Part shown: piece after piece, positions 1 through 8,302 of the stretch
How positions within the stretch are numbered: the first letter of the stretch is position 1
Layout of the letters: every line of letters begins with the position of its first letter
Virus record (IMG/VR): IMGVR_UViG_3300020413_000072
Span: 1-25,351 of that record
Source: a virus
Taxonomy: Duplodnaviria; Caudoviricetes
Direction: 5' to 3' (one strand)
DNA length: 25,351 nt
The notes under the pieces: generated by a model
Database searches by the model: none
Told to the model about the DNA's origin: nothing
The model's input: only the letters and a program-made list of their open reading frames with translations
Position numbers and translations under genes: made by a program

Positions 1-1233
1 ATAACACTAACGAAACCCCAACATAAAGTTTCATCAAGTAATAAAAGATTTAGAGTATTAGTATCAGGTCGTAGATTTGGTAAAACCTATTTATGTATTA
101 CTGAAATGATGAAGTATGCAACACAGATTAATAAAAAAATATGGTATGTAGCACCTACATTTAAAATGGCTAAAGAGATCGTATGGTCTAATTTAAAAGA
201 TATGCTTTCACAATTTAACTGGATAGAAAATATTAATGAATCTAATATGACTATAACAATCAAAAAAACAGGTAGTAAAATATCTTTAAAGGGTTGTGAT
301 AATTATGATGGTCTGCGTGGAGTAGGATTAGACTTTTTAATATTAGACGAATTTGCTGATATTGAGGAAAAGGCTTGGACAGAAGTTTTAAGGGCTTCTG
401 TATCTGACACTGAGGGAGATGTACTAATGTGTGGGTCACCAAAAGGCTATGGTAACTGGTCGTATAGAATGTACCTTAAAGGACAACAGGGCGACAAGGA
501 GTGGGATTCATTTCAATTTACTACCTTGCAAGGTGGAATGGTATCAAAGGAAGAAATAGAGCAAGCTAAACAAGATATTGATATTAGAACTTTTAGACAA
601 GAGTTTGAGGGTACATTTGAGAATTATGCTGGTAGTGTTTATTATAATTTCCACCCTGTAGAAAGTGTAGTTAAAAAAGAAATAGATTGGACAAAACCAT
701 TACATATTGGCATGGACTTTAATGTGGACCCAATGAGTGCTTGTGTAGGACAAATAGAAAAAGATAAAATATTTTTTTTAGATGAGGTTATAATTTATTC
801 AAGCAATACTGATGAAATGGTAGAAGAAATAAGAAACAGATATGGAACTAAAATACCTATTTTTATTTATCCTGACCCAGCTTCAAGGCAAAGAAAGACA
901 TCTGCTGGTGGTAGGACTGATTTAAGTATTTTACAAAATGCAGGATTTAAAGTTAAATGTAAATTAAAACACCCAGCTATCCGAGATAGGATAAATGCTG
1001 TTAATAGCAAACTAAAAGATTCTAATGGTAATAGGCATATTTTTGTTTCACAATCGTGTAAAACTATTGTAAAAGGATTGCAACGACAAATTTACAAGGA
1101 GAATACGAATATTCCTGATAAGGAAGATGGTTTTGATCACATGAATGACGCAATAGGTTATATGATTGATTTTTTAAAACCTCTTACAACTCAGGCAGTA
1201 TTTTCCAGACCAACAAGATGGGCAATTAAATAG
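1..1233 (+). CDS. terL: Terminase large subunit (5'-truncated by window edge)
   Basis: The frame is open from base 1 (ITLTKPQHKVSSSNKRFRVLVSGRRFGKT..., Walker A GRRFGKT) into the 106..1233 ORF. It contains Walker B FLILDEFA, the LRG motif, coupling motif CGSPKG, and RNase H-like nuclease motifs GMDFN and DHMNDA. Confidence 0.96.
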   Translation: MTLTKPQHKVSSSNKRFRVLVSGRRFGKTYLCITEMMKYATQINKKIWYVAPTFKMAKEIVWSNLKDMLSQFNWIENINESNMTITIKKTGSKISLKGCDNYDGLRGVGLDFLILDEFADIEEKAWTEVLRASVSDTEGDVLMCGSPKGYGNWSYRMYLKGQQGDKEWDSFQFTTLQGGMVSKEEIEQAKQDIDIRTFRQEFEGTFENYAGSVYYNFHPVESVVKKEIDWTKPLHIGMDFNVDPMSACVGQIEKDKIFFLDEVIIYSSNTDEMVEEIRNRYGTKIPIFIYPDPASRQRKTSAGGRTDLSILQNAGFKVKCKLKHPAIRDRINAVNSKLKDSNGNRHIFVSQSCKTIVKGLQRQIYKENTNIPDKEDGFDHMNDAIGYMIDFLKPLTTQAVFSRPTRWAIK

Positions 1234-1235
1234 TT

Positions 1236-2648
1236 ATGGCATATACTCGAGATCAAGCATTAGACACTCATAAAGACTATTCAGAAACAGTTAATAATTG
1301 GGAATATTACATTAGATCATATAATGGTGGTTATGACTATATGATTGGTCAATATCTTAATAGATACAACCTTGAATTAGATAACGAGTTTAATCAAAGA
1401 TTAGCAAACACTCCATGTGATAATCATTGTAAAAATATTATTCAAATTTATTCATCATTTTTATTTAGAGTTAGACCAAGCAGAGATTTTGGTTCTATGC
1501 AAGATGAAGCAAGTTTAGAATCATTCTTAAAAGATTCTGATTTAGAGGGTAACAATTTAAACTCTGTAATTAAACAAGCACAAAACTATGCATCTATTTA
1601 TGGTCATTGTTTTTTAATGTTAGATAAACCAAATGTAACTACCAACACTAGAGCAGAAGAATTAGATCAAGATATTAGACCATACTTATCAATCGTTACT
1701 CCTGAAAATGTTTTAGATTGGAACTTTGAAAGACAAGTTAATGGTAAGTATGAATTAAATTATTTAAAAGTTAGAGAAGAAGTCGATAAGAATGGGGGAA
1801 CTTACATGAGAATTTGGTATCCTGATAAAATAGATACTATCTACATGGAAGAAAGATCAGAGCCTAGATTGATAGATACTGTACCTAATATGATTGGTAA
1901 AATACCAGCAGTAATTTTATACAATGCTAAATCACATAAAAGAGGAATAGGTCAATCGGATTTAACTGATATTGCTGATTTACAAAAATCTATCTACAAC
2001 GAATACTCTGAAATGGAACAACTAATCAGATTAACTAACCACCCGTCATTAGTTAAAACTCCAAGTGTAAATGCTAGTGCTGGTGCTGGTGCAGTAATAG
2101 AAATGCCTGATGAAATGGAACCAAATTTAAAACCATATTTATTACAACCATCTGGTCAGAATTTACAAGCTATTATGGAGTCTATAAATAACAAAGTAGA
2201 TTCAATAAATAGAATTGCTCATACAGGTGCTGTTAGAACTCAAAAGACAGGAATAACATCTGGTGTTGCATTACAAACAGAATTTGAATTATTAAATGCT
2301 AGACTATCTGAGAAAGCTGACAACTTACAAATAGCAGAAGAACAACTATTTAGATTATATGCTTTATTCCAAGATGCTACATTTGATGGAGAAATTAATT
2401 ATCCAGATTCATTTAACATTAGAGATTATGCAAGTGATCTAATGTACTTCCAACAAGCTAAAGCATTAAACATTGGTTCATCTACATTTGCTAAAGAAGT
2501 TGACAAAGAAATTGCTAGAGCAGTTATTGATGATGATGAAAAGTTAAACGAAATTTTTGAAGAAATAGATCAAGCAAAAGAAGTAGGTCAGTTTACACAA
2601 GACGAGCCAGCACAAGTAGATCAAGAAGTAGAACAAGAACAGATATAA
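1236..2648 (+). CDS. Portal protein (SPP1 gp6-like)
   Basis: 470 aa, immediately after TerL, with portal-like segments (NHCKNIIQIYSSFLF, IGKIPAVILYN, GQSDLTDIADLQ, SGVALQTEF) and an acidic C-terminus. Confidence 0.9.
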   Translation: MAYTRDQALDTHKDYSETVNNWEYYIRSYNGGYDYMIGQYLNRYNLELDNEFNQRLANTPCDNHCKNIIQIYSSFLFRVRPSRDFGSMQDEASLESFLKDSDLEGNNLNSVIKQAQNYASIYGHCFLMLDKPNVTTNTRAEELDQDIRPYLSIVTPENVLDWNFERQVNGKYELNYLKVREEVDKNGGTYMRIWYPDKIDTIYMEERSEPRLIDTVPNMIGKIPAVILYNAKSHKRGIGQSDLTDIADLQKSIYNEYSEMEQLIRLTNHPSLVKTPSVNASAGAGAVIEMPDEMEPNLKPYLLQPSGQNLQAIMESINNKVDSINRIAHTGAVRTQKTGITSGVALQTEFELLNARLSEKADNLQIAEEQLFRLYALFQDATFDGEINYPDSFNIRDYASDLMYFQQAKALNIGSSTFAKEVDKEIARAVIDDDEKLNEIFEEIDQAKEVGQFTQDEPAQVDQEVEQEQI

Positions 2649-2651
2649 TGA

Positions 2652-3674
2652 ATGTCCGATATAGTCAAAGATGCTACACTTTATAGAATTAAGCAGATAG
2701 AACTTGCTGAGGCAGAATATTATAAATCATTAATTAAAACTTTAGACAGAATAGAACGAGAAGTAGTTGCAGTTGCTTCAAGATTACCTTTAACAGATGG
2801 AAAGTTAATTGAACTACAGTCAGCTATAGCAATTAGACCACAAATAAAATCTATCTTAGAAAAAGAATATCTTAAATGGTCAGATACAGTTGTTAGAGAG
2901 GGTTTTAATAAACAAGCTAAAAGAGTTAATAAATCATTTAAAGCTATATTAGAAAAAGCTAGAATAAGAAATAAATTATCAGCAGAAGATTTGGCTAAAT
3001 TTTCAGAACTTACTAAAGGAGATTTAGCATTAGTTAAAAACTTAAAACAACAATATTTTACGCAATTTAAAGATGTATCTAATACATTTACTAGAAGATT
3101 GTCAGAAAAGGTTTATCAGAATACATTAGTGGGTAGTGAGTTTGCAATATTAGAAAAGGAATTAAGACAAACAATCAATGGTATTTATGCAAGTGCAGAT
3201 GACCCAGAAGCACAATCTTTAATAGAATATATAAATGAAAATAAGTTCGATAAATCAAAAAAAACAATAGTAGAACAAAAAATACAGCTTTTACAGTCAA
3301 AATTTGCTAGAGATCGTGCTGGTGAAAACATGAAAAGATATGCTGGTCAAATACTTAATGATTCATTAAGGGATTTTGATGCAACCCTTAATTTTAATAA
3401 ATCAAATGATGCTGGCTTAACTTATGTTAAATATTATGGAGATGTAATACCTACCACTAGAGAGCATTGCAGAAAGATAATTAATGGGGTATATGATAAG
3501 AGGAAAAGTGGACTTTTCACAATTGATGAAGTCAATTCACTTTGGACAAGTAGAAGTTGGAAAGGCAAGAAGTCTGGAAATCCTTTAGTTGTTCGTGGTG
3601 GTTATAATTGTCGTCATCAATGGTCTTATGTCAATCCTGATTGGTATGACACTAAAGGCGAACTAATAATATAA
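2652..3674 (+). CDS. Minor head/head morphogenesis protein (SPP1 gp7 / Mu gpF-like)
   Basis: Follows the portal. C-terminal TREHC...GGYNCRHQW resembles the C/H motif (xNCRH) of this family. Confidence 0.8.
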   Translation: MSDIVKDATLYRIKQIELAEAEYYKSLIKTLDRIEREVVAVASRLPLTDGKLIELQSAIAIRPQIKSILEKEYLKWSDTVVREGFNKQAKRVNKSFKAILEKARIRNKLSAEDLAKFSELTKGDLALVKNLKQQYFTQFKDVSNTFTRRLSEKVYQNTLVGSEFAILEKELRQTINGIYASADDPEAQSLIEYINENKFDKSKKTIVEQKIQLLQSKFARDRAGENMKRYAGQILNDSLRDFDATLNFNKSNDAGLTYVKYYGDVIPTTREHCRKIINGVYDKRKSGLFTIDEVNSLWTSRSWKGKKSGNPLVVRGGYNCRHQWSYVNPDWYDTKGELII

Positions 3675-3688
3675 CAATAGGAGAAACA

Positions 3689-4384
3689 ATGTCCGAAGAA
3701 AAAACAAATGTTGCACCAGAAGTAGCAACTGAAACTAAAGAAGAAGTAAAAGTAGAAGAAACAAAACAAAATACTTTTACGCAAGAACAATTAGACAATA
3801 TAATTAAAACAAGACTTGAAGCTGAAAAATCTAAATACGAAAAGAAACTTCAAGAAGAAGAAAAACAAAAACAAGAAATCTTAAAACAAGAACAGCTTAA
3901 AGAAGCCAAAACTAAGCAAGATTTAGAAAAGATAATGCAAGAAAGATTATCTGAAAAAGAAAAAGAATTGCTTAATTATAAAACTCAAATTAAAAAAGAA
4001 AAAGTAGATAATTCAATACTATCTATTGCTAATAGAGAAAAATCTATTAACGCACAGCAAGTAGTGTCTTTATTAAAAAATGAAGTTAGATACACAGATG
4101 ATGGTCGTATAGAAGTAGTTGATAATAATTCTAATGTACGATATAACGCAAATGGAGAACTACTTAGCATTGAAGATCGTGTTAAAGAGTTTTTAGATAG
4201 CAACCCACATTTCCGTCAAGGGTCATTGTCAGGTTCAGGAAGCCAGAGTGCTATTGGTGGTCAAACTGTTAAACCTTTTAAACTACAGGACTTAGACTTA
4301 ACAAAGCCAGAAGATCGTAAAGCCTATGCAGAATATAGGAAGAAACGAGATTCAGGTGCTGTTGAGATTAAATTAAACAATTAA
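3689..4384 (+). CDS. Capsid scaffolding protein
   Basis: Acidic N-terminus, FTQEQLDNIIKTRL motif, long E/K coiled coil and G/S-rich linker. It directly precedes the major capsid gene and has an AGGAG RBS. Confidence 0.85.
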   Translation: MSEEKTNVAPEVATETKEEVKVEETKQNTFTQEQLDNIIKTRLEAEKSKYEKKLQEEEKQKQEILKQEQLKEAKTKQDLEKIMQERLSEKEKELLNYKTQIKKEKVDNSILSIANREKSINAQQVVSLLKNEVRYTDDGRIEVVDNNSNVRYNANGELLSIEDRVKEFLDSNPHFRQGSLSGSGSQSAIGGQTVKPFKLQDLDLTKPEDRKAYAEYRKKRDSGAVEIKLNN

Positions 4385-4402
4385 ACTTAATAGGTAATTA
4401 AA

Positions 4403-5248
4403 ATGGCAAACGAAAGTACAAGTTCTACACTATCAGAACTATATACAGAGATAGTTGCAGAAGCACAATTCGTAGCTTCTGAAAAATCCATTATGAGAAA
4501 CTTAGTTAAAAACTATGCTATCTCAGGTGGTGGTAAAGCAGTTGAAGTTCCTGTCTATGCAAATGTAAGTGCGGCGGCAGTATCAGAAGCAACTGACTTA
4601 TCAAACACAGCAATCAACCCAAGTTCAGTAACTATTACTGCATCAGAGGTTGGTGTTATGACTACTCTAACTGACTTAGCAAGAAACTCAGCACCAAGAA
4701 ATGTTGCTGGAGATATTGGTAAATTGTTTGGAGAAGCACTAGCAAGAAAACAAGACGCAGATTTAACTGCATTGTTTGATGGCTTTTCAACTGCATTAGG
4801 AGATGGAACAGGTGCAATAGCATCTGCATCTATCTTTAACGCACTTTCAACTTTAAGAGAAAATGCTCTTAACATTGACGATTGTGCAGTTGTTCTACAC
4901 CCTAAAATCGCTTATGACTTAAAAGCTGGTTTGACTAATACTTTTGCAAACGCAAATGCAAATGACTTATCAAACGAAGCATTAAGATCAGGTTTTGTTG
5001 GTAGATTAGCTGGTATGCCTGTCTTTGAAACTTCAAACATTGCTAATACTGGTAATGCTGGAGATTACAAAGGTGGTGCATTCCACAGAGATGCACTTGC
5101 AATCGCTATGATGCAAGATGTTAAAATTGAAACTCAAAGAGATGCGAGTTTAAGAGCAGATGAAATTGTTGCTACATCAGTTTATGGTGTTGGCGAAATT
5201 CATGACTCTTATGGTGTTGAATTACACTTCGATTCATCAATCCAATAA
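4403..5248 (+). CDS. Major capsid protein (HK97 fold, no delta domain)
   Basis: 281 aa, Ala/Gly-rich, with capsid-like motifs (VVLHPKIAYDL, GRLAGMPVFETSNI, VKIETQRDASLRADEIV). Follows the scaffold and is followed by a hairpin. Confidence 0.92.
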   Translation: MANESTSSTLSELYTEIVAEAQFVASEKSIMRNLVKNYAISGGGKAVEVPVYANVSAAAVSEATDLSNTAINPSSVTITASEVGVMTTLTDLARNSAPRNVAGDIGKLFGEALARKQDADLTALFDGFSTALGDGTGAIASASIFNALSTLRENALNIDDCAVVLHPKIAYDLKAGLTNTFANANANDLSNEALRSGFVGRLAGMPVFETSNIANTGNAGDYKGGAFHRDALAIAMMQDVKIETQRDASLRADEIVATSVYGVGEIHDSYGVELHFDSSIQ

Positions 5249-5257
5249 TAGGATACT

Positions 5258-5285
5258 TTGTGAGGGTGGGAAACTGCCCTCGCAA
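5258..5285 (+). terminator. RNA hairpin after the major capsid gene (terminator/attenuator or mRNA stabiliser)
   Basis: TTGTGAGGGTGG-GAAA-CTGCCCTCGCAA forms a 12-bp stem with three G-U pairs and a GNRA tetraloop. No U-tract follows. Confidence 0.6.
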
Positions 5286-5302
5286 CTAACAAAGGAGATA
5301 CA

Positions 5303-5542
5303 ATGGTTAAATTAGTATTATCAAACGAAAAAATGATTACTCTTAAAAGAGGTAATAAAACAATCACTAGAACTGAATTAGATTATGAAACAAATAAAGT
5401 TATGTATGATTTTAGAGGTTTTAAAGAAGTACAAGATGATGTAAAAGAAAATATTAAAGAAGTTGATAGAACTTTTGAAAACGAAGCAAAAGTAATACCT
5501 TTAAAAAAGAAAAGAAAAACAAGGAAGAAAAAAGATGAATAA
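5303..5542 (+). CDS. Hypothetical protein with basic C-terminus
   Basis: AAGGAG RBS, 79 aa, ends LKKKRKTRKKKDE, post-capsid position. Confidence 0.75.
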   Translation: MVKLVLSNEKMITLKRGNKTITRTELDYETNKVMYDFRGFKEVQDDVKENIKEVDRTFENEAKVIPLKKKRKTRKKKDE

Positions 5543-5660
5543 ATGGATTTGGCTAAAGACTAAGAAAAAAATTAAATGGATATGGATTAAAGCTAAAAAC
5601 AATCCAATGTATTCTATTCCTGTAATTTGTTTAATCGCTTATTTAGTTTGGAGTAATTAA
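5535..5660 (+). CDS. Small membrane peptide (41 aa), not in ORF track
   Basis: Hand translation gives MNKWIWLKTKKKIKWIWIKAKNNPMYSIPVICLIAYLVWSN*. It fills the gap exactly, overlaps the upstream stop and has a TAATG overlap with 5660. Confidence 0.7.
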   Translation: MNKWIWLKTKKKIKWIWIKAKNNPMYSIPVICLIAYLVWSN

Positions 5661-6145
5661 TGGCTAATTATACAGGTGCAAATGTTATTACAACATCAGA
5701 TGTTCAAAAGTATCAACCTGACGCATTTGATTTTGGTATTTCTACAACTGCTACTGAAACAACTAATTTTTTAGCACAAACTACAAATGATATTTTAAGA
5801 GCATTAAGAGTAGAATGGTGGCCTGTATATAAAACAAATATATTTACAGATATTACAGTTTTAAATACTGCTGAAATGGTAAATACAAAAGTTAATTTAG
5901 ATCAGTTTGAACGTGCTGGTGTTTATTTATTTCTTGGTAGATTTTATTTACCAGCATTAACTAAATTTAGACCAGAAACAGAAAAAGATAGATTTGAAAG
6001 AATGCAAGAATATTACATGAGCCAATACAATATCGAATGGAGAATGATATTAGAAGATGGTGTAGAATATGATGTAGATGCAGATGGAACTATTGTATCT
6101 AATGAGAGAGAACCTTTACATGGATTTAGAAGATTGACTAGATAA
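5660..6145 (+). CDS. Putative head-tail adaptor/connector
   Basis: 161 aa, largely helical, in the adaptor position between capsid and tail genes. Function is from synteny only. Confidence 0.6.
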   Translation: MANYTGANVITTSDVQKYQPDAFDFGISTTATETTNFLAQTTNDILRALRVEWWPVYKTNIFTDITVLNTAEMVNTKVNLDQFERAGVYLFLGRFYLPALTKFRPETEKDRFERMQEYYMSQYNIEWRMILEDGVEYDVDADGTIVSNEREPLHGFRRLTR

Positions 6146-6624
6146 TGGCTTTAGATTTAAAAATACAATCTAATAACAAACAAGTAGCAAGAAAATTTAA
6201 AAAATTTCAATCTGTATTATCACGAGTTATAGACAAAGGGCTTAACCAAGCTGGTTTTCAATTATTAGATATTATTAGAACTAAAACAAAAAAAGGAATT
6301 GATTTTAACGATATACCCTTTGCACCATATTCAGAGGGTTATTTAAAAAAATTAAATAAAGAGGGTAAATCAACAAATGTAGATTTATTTTATTCTGGTC
6401 GTATGCTAGGTAGTTTAACTCCATCATCTACTATAAAAAAAACAGCAAGAAATAAAGTATCTCTATCTTTTAACAATTCTCAAATGAGACAAAGAGCATT
6501 ATTTAATCAAGTTTTAAATTCTCCACAAAGAAAATTTTTTGGCTTTAACAATAGAACAGAAAAGATTATAAGTAAGCAATTTAACAGATTTGTAGAAAAA
6601 GAATTAAGAAAGTTTAGAATATGA
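6145..6624 (+). CDS. Virion morphogenesis / tail completion protein (Mu gpG / HK97 gp10-like)
   Basis: Basic protein with FAPYSEGY, VDLFYSGRMLGSL and PQRKFFG motifs typical of this neck family. Confidence 0.7.
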   Translation: MALDLKIQSNNKQVARKFKKFQSVLSRVIDKGLNQAGFQLLDIIRTKTKKGIDFNDIPFAPYSEGYLKKLNKEGKSTNVDLFYSGRMLGSLTPSSTIKKTARNKVSLSFNNSQMRQRALFNQVLNSPQRKFFGFNNRTEKIISKQFNRFVEKELRKFRI

Positions 6625-7061
6625 GTGTAAGAGAAAACATAGCATCTAATTTATTGACAGTTATATCTAATATATCTAGCCCAATAACTATAAGAAAAGC
6701 TACAAGACAACCTTTTTTATTAGATGAATTATCAGAGCAACAATATCCAGCAGTAATAGTTCAAACATCTGAAGAAAATAGAGATGATTCTGAGATGGGT
6801 AGTGGTGCTAAAACAAGACATGGTACTATTGATTTTGTAATATCTGGCTTTGTAAAAGGTTCTGATTCTAATATTGATACTAAGAGAAATGAATTAATTA
6901 CAGCTATTGAAACTGCGATAGAAATTGATATTACTAGAAGTGGTAATGCACTTGATTCAGAAGTTGTTCAAGTAGAAACTGATGAGGGTTCTTTATTTCC
7001 TATTGGTGGCATTAGAATGACAATAAGATGTATGTATGAATATCAGGCAGGTACACCATAA
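6621..7061 (+). CDS. Tail terminator protein
   Basis: 146 aa acidic protein (MSVRENIAS...YPAVIV...IRCMY) upstream of the tail tube, with an ATGA overlap. Confidence 0.7.
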   Translation: MSVRENIASNLLTVISNISSPITIRKATRQPFLLDELSEQQYPAVIVQTSEENRDDSEMGSGAKTRHGTIDFVISGFVKGSDSNIDTKRNELITAIETAIEIDITRSGNALDSEVVQVETDEGSLFPIGGIRMTIRCMYEYQAGTP

Positions 7062-7252
7062 TGGCTAAAGCAGATCAATTAATAGATAAGTTAGAAAATA
7101 AACTTGATGACATTGAAAAAATGGTTGATGAAATTTCTTTAATGATTATGGACGCAAGAAAAAAAATAGACAATTACAAAGAAAACGAAAGTATAGAAGA
7201 TTTTCCTGAATTAGATGAGTTCAATGAACTTGACGGAGAAGAAGAAAACTAA
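7061..7252 (+). CDS. Small acidic coiled-coil hypothetical protein
   Basis: 63 aa, TAATG-coupled, D/E-rich C-terminus. Confidence 0.7.
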   Translation: MAKADQLIDKLENKLDDIEKMVDEISLMIMDARKKIDNYKENESIEDFPELDEFNELDGEEEN

Positions 7253-7263
7253 TAAAAGGACTT

Positions 7264-7431
7264 ATGGCTAAAGATATTAAATTATATAAAGGTAATGAAG
7301 AAACTACAATTAATGAAACTAACCTTGAATATTTTTTAAGTTTAGGCTATAAGCAAGAAAAAGAACAACAACAATCTAAAAGTAAAAAGGATAAGAAATG
7401 GCAACACATCACGGAAAAGAAGGAGTTGTAA
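7264..7431 (+). CDS. Small hypothetical protein (55 aa), not in ORF track
   Basis: AAGGA RBS. Translates as MAKDIKLYKGNEETTINETNLEYFLSLGYKQEKEQQQSKSKKDKKWQHITEKKEL* and overlaps the tail tube start by 34 nt. Confidence 0.65.
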   Translation: MAKDIKLYKGNEETTINETNLEYFLSLGYKQEKEQQQSKSKKDKKWQHITEKKEL

Positions 7432-7784
7432 CAGCTGGTGGAACAGCAGTAGGGGAACTTACTAGCTTCACACTTGAAACAACAGGAGATGTAGTAGAGG
7501 ATACAGCTTTAACAGATGCAACTAAATCATTTGTTGCTGGTAGAACATCATTCTCTGGTACTTTAGAAATGCACTTTGATGAAACAGATACACCTCAAAC
7601 AACTTTAGTTGCTGGTGCTTCAATCTCATTTATTTTATTACCTGAGGGTAATGCAAGTGGAGACAGAAGTTTTGCTGGTACAGGAGTTGTTACAGGAATG
7701 TCAGTTAATAACTCAATGGACGCAATAGTTTCAAGAACTGTTACTTTTCAAGGAACTGGTGCACTTACAATAGGTACTGTATAA
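7398..7784 (+). CDS. Major tail (tail tube) protein
   Basis: 128 aa, T/G-rich beta protein with VVEDTALTD...FVAG...SFSGT and terminal VTFQGTGAL, typical of siphovirus tail tubes. Confidence 0.88.
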   Translation: MATHHGKEGVVTAGGTAVGELTSFTLETTGDVVEDTALTDATKSFVAGRTSFSGTLEMHFDETDTPQTTLVAGASISFILLPEGNASGDRSFAGTGVVTGMSVNNSMDAIVSRTVTFQGTGALTIGTV

Positions 7785-7793
7785 TCCTAATTT

Positions 7794-8135
7794 ATGTCAG
7801 TATTAGATCATGCTCGTTCTCACTTTGAGAATATTGGTATTCAATCTATTGAAATTCCTGAATGGAAAGATGAACATGGGAAACCCAGCATTATTTATTG
7901 GAATCCTATAAATCTTTACGAAAAGAATGTCCTTTTTAAAAAATCTGGTAACATGTCTGAAGCAAGTATTCTTGCAGATATTCTTGTATTGAAAGCCTTA
8001 GATAAAGATGGAAATAAAATGTTTAAGCCAGAGGATAAAATGGCTTTAATGTATAAAGTAGATGCTGATGTTATAGCTAAAATATCAAATGCTATGGTTC
8101 AAAATCTTAGTCCCGAAGAAGTAAAAAAAAACTAA
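7794..8135 (+). CDS. Tail assembly chaperone (lambda gpG-like)
   Basis: Lies between tail tube and tape measure and ends in EEVKKN* over an A9C slippery run. Confidence 0.85.
   Translation: MSVLDHARSHFENIGIQSIEIPEWKDEHGKPSIIYWNPINLYEKNVLFKKSGNMSEASILADILVLKALDKDGNKMFKPEDKMALMYKVDADVIAKISNAMVQNLSPEEVKKN
8126..8132 (+). other. Programmed -1 ribosomal frameshift site A AAA AAC
   Basis: GTA AAA AAA AAC TAA fits the X XXY YYZ heptamer pattern just before the chaperone stop, and the -1 frame stays open to 8302. Confidence 0.85.
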
Positions 8136-8302
8136 ACTCATCACCTGATTTAAAGAATTTACTTATTGTTGCTGATAGGTTAAAAATAACATTATCTGAA
8201 CTTTTAAAAATGGAAGTTTGGGAGTATAATCATTGGCTAGGTTATATGATGATTGAACAAGATCAACATGAATCAGTTATAAGGAAAGCAAAACATAAAT
8301 AA
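8132..8302 (+). CDS. Frameshift extension of the tail chaperone (gpT-like part of a G-T fusion, about 169 aa in total)
   Basis: The -1 frame reads LNSSPDLKNLLIVADRLKITLSELLKMEVWEYNHWLGYMMIEQDQHESVIRKAKHK*. Its stop overlaps the tape measure ATG (TAATG). Confidence 0.85.
   Translation, partial: LNSSPDLKNLLIVADRLKITLSELLKMEVWEYNHWLGYMMIEQDQHESVIRKAKHK

Noticed and set aside
106-108. ORF-track start for the terminase
   Set aside because: The Walker A motif lies upstream in the same open frame, so the true start is before base 1.
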